Shown: positions 45,692 to 53,139 of the stretch, piece by piece
Layout: the number at the start of each line of letters is the position of its first letter
How positions within the stretch are numbered: the stretch's first letter is position 1
Assembly: GCA_046262435.1 (NCBI GenBank)
Contig: JBHEMT010000071.1
Location: 1-53,139 of the forward strand
DNA length: 53,139 bases
Direction of reading: 5' to 3'
From: Candidatus Dormibacteria bacterium
Lineage (GTDB): Bacteria; Chloroflexota; Dormibacteria; Aeolococcales; Aeolococcaceae
The notes under the pieces: model-generated
Told to the model about the DNA's origin: nothing
The model's input: only the letters and a program-made list of their open reading frames with translations
Database searches by the model: none
Position numbers and translations under genes: made by a program

Positions 45692-47334
45692 CCTCGACCG
45701 CTGCGGCGCCGGACGAGGAACTGACCACCGCCGCGCGCCGCACTCCCGGGCTCGACAGTGACGCGGGTCCGAGCGCCGGAGTGCGGCCGCCCGCCGCCCA
45801 GCACGACACCGTCCTGGTGCTCGACTTCGGCTCGCAGTACAGCCAGCTGATCGCTCGCCGCGTGCGCGAGGCACGGGTGTACGCGGAGCTTGTGCCCGGC
45901 ACCATCTCCGCCGATGAGGTGCGCCGCCGGGCGCCGCGTGGCCTGATCTTCAGCGGCGGCCCGGCGAGCGTGTATACCCCCGGAGCTCCCCGTCCCGATC
46001 CCGCCATCTACGACCTCGATCTACCGATCCTGGGCGTGTGTTACGGAATGCAGCTGCTTGCCCACGACCTCGGCGGCCGCGTGGCACCCGCCGACCGGCG
46101 CGAGTACGGCAGGGCTTCGGTATCGGTGGACGACCGCCGCGGCCTGTTCGCCCAGGTGCCGCCGGAGCTCGACGTCTGGATGTCCCACGGCGACGTGATC
46201 AGCGAGCTGCCGCCCGGCTTTCGCAGCGTCGCCCATTCACTCAACTCACCCTGCGCGGCGATGGCCGGCCCGCTGGGGCGCTACGGGATCCAGTTTCACC
46301 CCGAGGTGGTCCACACCCCGCTGGGCGGCGAGCTGCTCGCCAACTTCCTGACCGAGGTGTGCGCCTGCGCCGGCACCTGGGAGGCGGGGTCCTTCATCGA
46401 GATGGCCGTCGCCGACATCCGCGCCCGGGTCGGTTCCGGGCGCGTCCTCTGCGCGCTCAGCGGCGGGGTCGACTCGGCGGTGGCGGCCACCCTGGTGCAC
46501 AAGGCGATCGGTGAGCAGCTGACCTGCGTTTTCGTGGACAACGGGCTGCTCCGCCGCGGGGAGGGCGACCGGGTGGTCGACGTCATGGCCGGGCAGCGCC
46601 ACATCCGCATGCTCCGGGCCGATGCTGAGGAACGATTCCTCAGCGCGCTCGCCGGCATCAGCGACCCCGAGGAGAAGCGCAGGCGGATCGGTGCCACCTT
46701 CATCGAGGTGTTCGAGGAGCAGTCGGTGCGACTCGGCGATGTCGACTTCCTGGCCCAGGGGACCCTGTACCCCGACGTCATCGAGTCGACCTCCCATGAC
46801 ACCAACAACGCGCAGAAGATCAAAACCCATCACAACGTCGGCGGGCTCCCTGAGGATCTGCGCTTTCAGCTCGTCGAGCCGCTGCGCTACCTTTTCAAGG
46901 ACGAGGTCCGGCGGGTGGGGTCGGCGCTCGGGCTCCCCGACGACATGGTCTGGCGCCAGCCCTTCCCCGGTCCCGGGCTTGCCATCCGGGTGATCGGTGA
47001 GGTGACCCGTGAGAGGCTCGACACGCTGCGCGCCGCCGACTGGATCGTGGTTGACGAGATCAAGCGCAGCGGCCTGTACCGCGACGTCTGGCAGTCGTTC
47101 GCAATCCTCACCCCGATCTCCAGTGTGGGCGTGATGGGCGACAACCGTACCTACGGCAACGTGGTGGCAATCCGTGCCGTGCAGAGCGATGACGGCATGA
47201 CCGCCGACTGGGCCCGCCTCCCGTATGACGTGCTCGCTGATATCTCGCGGCGCATCGTCAACGAGGTGCCCGGGATCAACCGGGTCGTCTACGACATCAG
47301 CAGCAAGCCGCCCTCCACCATCGAGTGGGAGTAG
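45688..47334 (+). CDS. guaA: GMP synthase (glutamine-hydrolysing)
   Basis: GATase [21 protein letters not shown]-loop SGGVDSAV, and C-terminal ...[11 protein letters not shown] 45688 overlaps the guaB3 stop. GTG 45781 is an alternative that gives a conventional N-terminus. Confidence 0.9.
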   Translation: MTSTAAAPDEELTTAARRTPGLDSDAGPSAGVRPPAAQHDTVLVLDFGSQYSQLIARRVREARVYAELVPGTISADEVRRRAPRGLIFSGGPASVYTPGAPRPDPAIYDLDLPILGVCYGMQLLAHDLGGRVAPADRREYGRASVSVDDRRGLFAQVPPELDVWMSHGDVISELPPGFRSVAHSLNSPCAAMAGPLGRYGIQFHPEVVHTPLGGELLANFLTEVCACAGTWEAGSFIEMAVADIRARVGSGRVLCALSGGVDSAVAATLVHKAIGEQLTCVFVDNGLLRRGEGDRVVDVMAGQRHIRMLRADAEERFLSALAGISDPEEKRRRIGATFIEVFEEQSVRLGDVDFLAQGTLYPDVIESTSHDTNNAQKIKTHHNVGGLPEDLRFQLVEPLRYLFKDEVRRVGSALGLPDDMVWRQPFPGPGLAIRVIGEVTRERLDTLRAADWIVVDEIKRSGLYRDVWQSFAILTPISSVGVMGDNRTYGNVVAIRAVQSDDGMTADWARLPYDVLADISRRIVNEVPGINRVVYDISSKPPSTIEWE

Positions 47335-48602
47335 GCCTTCGCGTTCTCGTCGTCGGGTCTGGCGGCCGCGAGCACGCACTCGCCTGGGCCTGCGCACGCA
47401 GTCCGCTGGTGGCCGAGGTGCTCTGTGCGCCGGGGAACGGCGGGACCGCCGCCGTGGCCACCAACCTGGCTGTCGCCGAGGCCGACGCGCCAGCCCTCGC
47501 CCGAATGGCGGTGGACCGAGCGGTTGACCTTGTCGTCATCGGCCCGGACGGGGCGATCGCCGCGGGGGTGGCCGATGCCTGCACCGCCGCCGGGATTCGG
47601 GTGGCGGGGCCCACCGCCGCAGCCGGACGCATCGAGTCCTCCAAGGCGTTTGCCAAGGAGCTGATGGACCGCGCCGGGATTCCAACCGCGCGGTGGTGGG
47701 TGGGGGACGACCTCGAGGAGCTCGCCGGACGCGCCGCCGAGCTCGGTGGCCGCTGCGTGATCAAGGCCGACGGCCTGGCCCGGGGAAAGGGCGTGACCGT
47801 CTGCGCCACCCTGGCCGAGGCCCGCGCTGCGATCGCCGCCTGCATCACCGACCACCGTTTCGGGGAGGCGGGGCGCCGGGTGCTGGTCGAGCAGCGCCTT
47901 GAGGGTCCCGAGCTGAGTCTCTTCGCCCTCAGCGACGGGCGCCACGTTCGGCTGCTCGGTGCCGCCCGCGACTACAAGCGCGCCGATGACGGGGACCGGG
48001 GCCCAAACACCGGCGGCATGGGCGCTGTCGCCCCGCTTGCCGAGCTCGACGCGGACACCCTCGAGGGATACGCCGCGGCCTGCGTCCGGCCGTGCATCGA
48101 GGCCCTGGCCGACGCCGGCACCCCGTTTCACGGCTGCCTCTACGCGGGGCTGATGCTCTGCGCCGACGGGCCCCGGGTGATCGAGTACAACGCGCGGCTC
48201 GGCGATCCTGAGGCGCAGCCGCTGCTCAGCATGCTCGCCGACGACCCGATCGAACTGCTCAAGTCGGTGGCCGAGGGCAGCCTGCTCGACGGGTCCGCCC
48301 GGTTGCTCCCTGGGTCGGCGGTGGGAGTGGTCATCGCCGCGGCCGGCTACCCCGACGCACCGCGAGCTGGCGACCCGGTGGGCGGGCTCGATGCAGTCCC
48401 CGCGGACGTGCTCGCCTTCCATGCGGGCACTCGGGCGACCCCGAGCGGGCTGGTCACCGCCGGGGGACGGGTGCTCACCATGGTGGGCAGAGGTCAGGAT
48501 GTGGCGGAGGCGCGGGCCCGGGCGTATGCGGGGGTCGCGGCCGTCTCCTTTCCCGGCGCGTGGTCGCGGAGTGATATCGGACATGCAGGAGGGGTGCAGT
48601 GA
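47325..48602 (+). CDS. purD: Phosphoribosylamine-glycine ligase
   Basis: [15 protein letters not shown] and an ATP-grasp core. GTG 47325 overlaps the guaA 3' end by 10 nt. Confidence 0.9.
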   Translation: MGVGLRVLVVGSGGREHALAWACARSPLVAEVLCAPGNGGTAAVATNLAVAEADAPALARMAVDRAVDLVVIGPDGAIAAGVADACTAAGIRVAGPTAAAGRIESSKAFAKELMDRAGIPTARWWVGDDLEELAGRAAELGGRCVIKADGLARGKGVTVCATLAEARAAIAACITDHRFGEAGRRVLVEQRLEGPELSLFALSDGRHVRLLGAARDYKRADDGDRGPNTGGMGAVAPLAELDADTLEGYAAACVRPCIEALADAGTPFHGCLYAGLMLCADGPRVIEYNARLGDPEAQPLLSMLADDPIELLKSVAEGSLLDGSARLLPGSAVGVVIAAAGYPDAPRAGDPVGGLDAVPADVLAFHAGTRATPSGLVTAGGRVLTMVGRGQDVAEARARAYAGVAAVSFPGAWSRSDIGHAGGVQ

Positions 48603-49096
48603 GCGAGATTAGGGTGGGGATCGTGGTCGGCAGCGAGTCCGACCTTCCGGTGATGGAGCGCTGTGCGGCGGTCCTCGACGAGTACGGCCTCGGGCACGAA
48701 ACCGCGGTGATGTCCGCCCATCGAGCTCCTGACCTGGTGCGTGCCTACGCGCAGGCGGCGCGGGGCCGGGGGCTCAGGGTGTTGATCGGCGCCGCCGGAG
48801 CGGCAGCTCATCTGCCCGGGGTGCTTGCCTCGTTGACCACGTTGCCGGTGATCGGTGTCCCTCTGGCGGCGACGCCCCTCGCCGGGGTTGACTCCCTGCT
48901 GTCCATCGTGCAGATGCCCCCGGGAATCCCCGTCGCCACGGTCGCCGTGGGTGACATGGGGGCGCGCAACGCGGCCCACCTTGCCGCCCAGATCATCGCC
49001 GTGAGCGAGCCGGACGTTGCGGCCACAATCGACAAGATCAGGGCGGCGATGCGCGAGCGAGTCCGCCTCCCCGAGGGCTTCAGCGCCGGGCGGTAG
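48599..49096 (+). CDS. purE: 5-(carboxyamino)imidazole ribonucleotide mutase
   Basis: [36 protein letters not shown] overlap with the purD stop. Confidence 0.9.
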   Translation: MSEIRVGIVVGSESDLPVMERCAAVLDEYGLGHETAVMSAHRAPDLVRAYAQAARGRGLRVLIGAAGAAAHLPGVLASLTTLPVIGVPLAATPLAGVDSLLSIVQMPPGIPVATVAVGDMGARNAAHLAAQIIAVSEPDVAATIDKIRAAMRERVRLPEGFSAGR

Positions 49097-49144
49097 ACCC
49101 CGTTCGGCTGAGATGGCCGCGGGCCGGGCCGCCCCCGCGGGCGC

Positions 49145-50107
49145 CTAGCTGCCGATGTGGTTGGCGGGGATGGTGCCCAGGCGGCCGGCCTTGAAGTCCT
49201 CGAACGCGGTGACGATCTCCTCGCGAGTGTTCATCACGAAGGGCCCGTACTGAGCCACCGGCTCGAGGATCGGGCGCCCGCCGAGAATGAGCACCTCGAG
49301 TTCGCGGCTGCGGCTGTCCTGGGCGCGTTCGGCGCGGATGGTGACCAGGTCACCTCGGCCGAGTGCTGCCAGCTGCCCGGCGGCGACGGGGCGTTGCTCC
49401 ACTCCAATGGAACCGCGCCCGGCGAGCACGTAGACGAGAGCGTTGAAGTCACCGCGCCACGGCAGCTCGAGGGTGGCGTGCGGGCTGAGGGTCGCGTGGA
49501 GAAGGGTGATCGGGGTGTGGGTGATGCCGGGTCCGCGCTGCTCGCCGAGGTCGCCGGCGATGACCCGCACCAGTGCGCCACCGTCATGTGAGCTGAGCAG
49601 GGTGATCCGCTCCGCACCGATGTCCTGGTAGCGGGGGGCCACCATCTTCTCGGCCGCGGGGAGGTTGACCCAGAGTTGGATGCCGTGGAACAGGCCACCG
49701 CTCGCCACCAATTCCTCGGGGGGCTTCTCGATGTGGAGGATGCCCGCTCCGGCAGTCATCCACTGGGTCGCACCGTCGGCAATCAGGCCTCCGCCGCCGA
49801 TCGAGTCCTGATGCTGGAAGGCGCCATCGATCATGTAGGTGACGGTTTCGAAGCCGCGGTGGGGATGCCAGGGCGTTCCCTTGGGTTCGCCCGGCGCGTA
49901 CTCGACCTCGCCCATCTGATCCATGTGGATGAAGGGACTGAGCAGACGCGGGTCCACCCCGGCAAAGGCCCTCCGCACCGGGAAGCCCTCGCCCTCGAAC
50001 CCACTGGGGGCGGTGGTCACCGAGAGCACCGGACGGCTCCCGGCCACGGTCGGGTCCGGCCGGCTGATGCGCGGCAGGGTGAGGGTGTCTGCGGTGACAG
50101 CGGGCAT
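49145..50107 (-). CDS. Pirin-family (bicupin) protein
   Basis: [22 protein letters not shown]... and the [13 protein letters not shown] cupin motif. 320 aa. Confidence 0.85.
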   Translation of the reverse strand: MPAVTADTLTLPRISRPDPTVAGSRPVLSVTTAPSGFEGEGFPVRRAFAGVDPRLLSPFIHMDQMGEVEYAPGEPKGTPWHPHRGFETVTYMIDGAFQHQDSIGGGGLIADGATQWMTAGAGILHIEKPPEELVASGGLFHGIQLWVNLPAAEKMVAPRYQDIGAERITLLSSHDGGALVRVIAGDLGEQRGPGITHTPITLLHATLSPHATLELPWRGDFNALVYVLAGRGSIGVEQRPVAAGQLAALGRGDLVTIRAERAQDSRSRELEVLILGGRPILEPVAQYGPFVMNTREEIVTAFEDFKAGRLGTIPANHIGS

Positions 50108-50272
50108 CGTTCTCTCGTTCAGGGGATGGTTGCTTGATCAACTATATACCCTCAGCTCGAAATAGCAATCGCGACCTCCGCTGGTGCACGGGTTTCGCTG
50201 GGCGGGGACCGACCAGCGAGCGCCGGGGTCGGCGCCCGGCCGCGCCGAGGGGGCTGGCTACAATCGCCCCAC

Positions 50273-52081
50273 ATGCCGCGCCTCGAACTCGTCGAGACGG
50301 CGCTGCGGGGTGGTCAGCAGGCGATCCTCCTGAGCCGCCTGCGCCGCCGCCATCTTCTGCCCGTGGTCGCGGCGCTCGACAGTTGCGCGCTCAGCGCCAT
50401 CGACGCCTTCGGCGGTGCCACGTTCGAGGCCTGCCTGCGCTTCCTCGCCGAGGATCCCTTTGACCGGCTGCGCGCCGTGAGGGAAGCCGCGCCGGGGACG
50501 GACCTGCTCGGAGTGCTCGCCGGACAGGCCCTGGTGGGCCACCAGCAGGTGGCCGACGACCTGGTCGACGTCTTCATCCGGGTCGCCGCGGAGGCCGGCG
50601 TCGACGTCTTCCGGGTGCACGACCCGCTCAACGACACCCGCAACCTGGAGCGTCCCCTGGCCGCGATCCACGCCGCCGGCCGGACCGCCCAGGCGGCGAT
50701 CGTCTACACCGAGTCGCCGGTGCACTCGGTGGCCGGGTTCGTGGCCATGGGGCGCGAGCTGGCCGAGCAGGGCTACGACGCCCTGTGCATCTGGGATGAG
50801 CTCGGGCTGCTCGGCGCGGGCACCGCCGCCGAGCTGGTGCGCGGCCTGGTCACCGAGACGGACATCCCGGTGAGCCTGAGCTCGGGCTCGCTGACCGGCC
50901 AGGCCGGGATGGCCTACCTCGCCGCCGCCCAGGCCGGCGCCCAGTCGCTCGATGTCGCGCTCAGCCCGCTCGCGGGCGGAGCCTCCACCCCGGCAACCGA
51001 AGGCGTGCTGCACGCGCTGCGGGGCACCGGCCTGGAGTGTCCGGCGGACCCCGCAGCGCTCGACGAGGCCTCGGCCCAGCTCGCCACCCAGCTGCGCCAC
51101 TACGTGGAGCTCGTCGACCCAACCGCCGGCCGGTTGGATCGCACCGTGCTCGGCTCTGGTCTCCATCCGTCGACGGTTCGGCACCTGATGGTGGAGCTCG
51201 AGGAGCGGGGCATGCTCGACCAGCTCCCCGCCGCCGAGGCCGAGGTGGCCCGGGTTAGGGCTGAGCTCGGCCACCCGCCCCTGGTTACCCCGATCGCCGA
51301 GATAGTGGCCACTCAGGCGGTCTACAACGTCTGCGATGGCGACCGCTACGCCACCATCTCGCAGCAGGTCAAGGACTATTGCCTGGGCCTGTACGGCAGG
51401 TCTCCCGGGCCGATCGACGCGGCGGTGCACCGGGCCGTGAACGGTCGCGAGGAGGCGATCACCTGCCGCCCCGCGGACCTGCTTGAGCCGGGCGTTGCCG
51501 GGGCTCGCCGGGCCCTTGAGAGGGAGGGGGTGCCCGCCCCCGACGACGCCACGTTGGTCACCTTCGCGCTCTTTCCGGAGGAATACCTGGCGCTTCGCGC
51601 GGGGCGCGCCGAGGCGGAGCTGCTCGGCGACGAACCCGCGGCGCCTCCGGAGCCGGAACCGGCGGACCCGTCACCGGTCGAAGCCGAGGCTCAGGCGGAC
51701 GATGCGCCGGCAGTTGAACCGCCGCCTGACGATGTCAGGGAGCTCACCGTCGAGGTCGATGGCGAGACCTTTGCGGTTCGCGTGATTGCGCCCGCCGGGA
51801 GTTTGAGCGGCGGCGCAGGCGCCCTGGCCGGCCCTACGGGATCCGCTCCCAGCCCTCCTGCGGCGCGCGAGGGAACGGTCCTGGCGCCGATGCAGGGTCT
51901 GATCCTCAAGGTGCACATCCAGGCCGGGCAGACCGTGCGCATCGGGCAGACCCTGGCCGTGCTCGAGGCCATGAAGATGCAGAACGACATCACCGCCACC
52001 AGAGCGGGGACGGTCTCGGCGGTGTACGTCACCGAGGGCGACGTGGTGGCCGCCAAGGCACCGATCGCAGAGGTCGCCTAG
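50273..52081 (+). CDS. Pyruvate-carboxylase-subunit-B / 5S-transcarboxylase-like carboxyltransferase domain fused to a biotinyl (BCCP) domain; the CT active site appears degenerate
   Basis: Clear family similarity ([55 protein letters not shown]). Pro/Glu-rich linker. C-terminal biotin motif LEAMKMQN. The canonical ligand motifs read LRGGQQA, CIWDELG and SLSSGSLTG instead of LRDxHQS, xxKDMAG and HxHxxxG. Confidence 0.8.
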   Translation: MPRLELVETALRGGQQAILLSRLRRRHLLPVVAALDSCALSAIDAFGGATFEACLRFLAEDPFDRLRAVREAAPGTDLLGVLAGQALVGHQQVADDLVDVFIRVAAEAGVDVFRVHDPLNDTRNLERPLAAIHAAGRTAQAAIVYTESPVHSVAGFVAMGRELAEQGYDALCIWDELGLLGAGTAAELVRGLVTETDIPVSLSSGSLTGQAGMAYLAAAQAGAQSLDVALSPLAGGASTPATEGVLHALRGTGLECPADPAALDEASAQLATQLRHYVELVDPTAGRLDRTVLGSGLHPSTVRHLMVELEERGMLDQLPAAEAEVARVRAELGHPPLVTPIAEIVATQAVYNVCDGDRYATISQQVKDYCLGLYGRSPGPIDAAVHRAVNGREEAITCRPADLLEPGVAGARRALEREGVPAPDDATLVTFALFPEEYLALRAGRAEAELLGDEPAAPPEPEPADPSPVEAEAQADDAPAVEPPPDDVRELTVEVDGETFAVRVIAPAGSLSGGAGALAGPTGSAPSPPAAREGTVLAPMQGLILKVHIQAGQTVRIGQTLAVLEAMKMQNDITATRAGTVSAVYVTEGDVVAAKAPIAEVA

Positions 52082-52083
52082 CC

Positions 52084-53139
52084 ATGTTCCGCAAGGTGCT
52101 GGTCGCCAACCGGGGCGAGATCGCCCTGCGGGTCATTCGTGCCTGCCGCGACCTGGGCATCATCGCCGTCGCCGTCCACAGCGAGGCGGATGCACGGGCC
52201 GCCCATGTGCTTCTCGCCGACGAGGCGTACGAGATCGGCCCGCCGCCCTCCGCGCAGTCCTACCTGGTCGGGGAGCGCATCCTTGAGGTCGCCCGGCGTT
52301 GCGGCGCCGAGGCGATTCACCCCGGCTACGGTTTCCTCAGTGAGAACGGCGAATTTGCGCGGTCCTGCGCCGAGGCGGGAATCACCTTCATCGGCCCGAG
52401 CCCCGAGGCGATGGCCGCAATGGGCGAGAAGGTACCCAGTCGCGAGCGCATGGAGCGTTCCGGGGTGCCGGTCGTCCCGGGCTCGGGCGCTCTGGCGGGC
52501 ATCGAGGAGGCAGTGGCCGCCGCCGCCAAGGTTGGCTACCCGGTGCTCATCAAGGCGAGCGCAGGAGGCGGTGGGATCGGCATGAAGATTGCCCGCGACG
52601 AGGCGGAGCTGCGCGCCGGTCTGGAGTCGGCGCAGTCAACCGCCAAGCGGGCCTTCGGCAACGACACCGTCTTCCTCGAACGCTACGTGGAGGATCCGCG
52701 CCACATCGAGATCCAGGTTCTGGCCGACAGCCAGGGCAACTGCATCTCCCTGGGCGAGCGCGAGTGCTCGATCCAGCGGCGCCATCAGAAGATCCTCGAG
52801 GAAACCCCGAGCCCGGCGATCGACGAAGCCACTCGACAGCGCATGGGCGAGGCGGCCGTGCGAGCCGCGCAGGCGGTGGGGTACACCAACGCAGGCACCG
52901 TCGAGTTCATCTTCAGCCACGGCGATTTCTTCTTCCTGGAGATGAACACCCGCCTCCAGGTGGAGCACCCCATCACTGAGGAGGTGACCGGCATCGACCT
53001 TGTCGTCGAGCAGCTGCGCATCGCCGCGGGGGAGCCGCTGCGGCTGCGCCAGGACCAGGTGAGCCGCCGGGGTCACGCCATCGAGTGCCGTGTCAACGCC
53101 GAGAACCCGGCGAGAAACTTCATGCCTGCACCCGGTCGG
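52084..53139 (+). CDS. Biotin carboxylase (AccC/PycA-type), N-terminal 352 residues; 3' end lies outside the window
   Basis: Not listed in the ORF track because it runs off the window. I translated frame 1 from ATG 52084: [26 protein letters not shown]...[10 protein letters not shown]...[13 protein letters not shown]...[15 protein letters not shown]...[16 protein letters not shown]. Confidence 0.85.
   Translation, partial: MFRKVLVANRGEIALRVIRACRDLGIIAVAVHSEADARAAHVLLADEAYEIGPPPSAQSYLVGERILEVARRCGAEAIHPGYGFLSENGEFARSCAEAGITFIGPSPEAMAAMGEKVPSRERMERSGVPVVPGSGALAGIEEAVAAAAKVGYPVLIKASAGGGGIGMKIARDEAELRAGLESAQSTAKRAFGNDTVFLERYVEDPRHIEIQVLADSQGNCISLGERECSIQRRHQKILEETPSPAIDEATRQRMGEAAVRAAQAVGYTNAGTVEFIFSHGDFFFLEMNTRLQVEHPITEEVTGIDLVVEQLRIAAGEPLRLRQDQVSRRGHAIECRVNAENPARNFMPAPGR

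Noticed and set aside
1-53139. tRNA, rRNA, tmRNA, RNase P RNA, or mobile-element hallmarks such as transposase, integrase or long terminal inverted repeats.
   Set aside because: Reading every intergenic gap longer than 40 nt, I found no T-loop-like GGTTCGAATCC or cloverleaf candidates. No ORF has recombinase or transposase motifs. Absence by eye is not proof, so tRNAscan-SE and Infernal should be run.

Overview
High-GC, gene-dense chromosomal segment that looks actinobacterial (hom-thrC-thrB, guaB3-guaA, LuxR/HisKA_3 two-component pair). All family names below come from motifs I recognised by eye in the supplied translations. No homology search, HMM or folding program was run. I can support 46 protein-coding genes, two of them cut by the window edges, packed into operons with many ATGA/GTGA start-stop overlaps. 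I also support two strong hairpins and one in-frame 15-nt tandem repeat. I saw no rRNA, tRNA, CRISPR array, transposase, integrase or phage genes, so this is core chromosome rather than an obvious accessory island. Most long ORFs in the six-frame track are antisense or out-of-frame artefacts of the GC content. Contents in order: (1) an ECF transporter operon led by an alpha/alpha-toroid surface protein; (2) a minus-strand operon of tail-anchored protein, ArsA/Get3-like ATPase, small ORF, Nudix and M20; (3) DUF72, ychF and hom-thrC-thrB; (4) a sensor kinase/LuxR regulator divergent from a peptide-type ABC importer that ends in a GT39 glycosyltransferase; (5) thiolase, an orphan receiver, a DUF606 protein, metH and infA; (6) a cell-envelope operon divergent from a His-rich secreted protein plus GGDEF cyclase; (7) threonine aldolase; (8) an (AKRST)n repeat protein divergent from PhaR-like, gdh and SDR genes; (9) guaB3-guaA-purD-purE and pirin; (10) a carboxyltransferase-BCCP fusion followed by biotin carboxylase. 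The four best leads for something undescribed are: (a) the carboxyltransferase-BCCP protein, whose four metal/catalytic ligands are all substituted while its biotinyl domain and partner biotin carboxylase look intact; (b) the operon link between a Get3-like ATPase and a textbook tail-anchored protein; (c) an OppF-type ATPase carrying a ~315-residue polytopic N-terminal extension; (d) the phasin/histone-like (AKRST)n protein next to a PhaR-like regulator translationally coupled to glutamate dehydrogenase. All functional interpretations are inference and need the checks listed.
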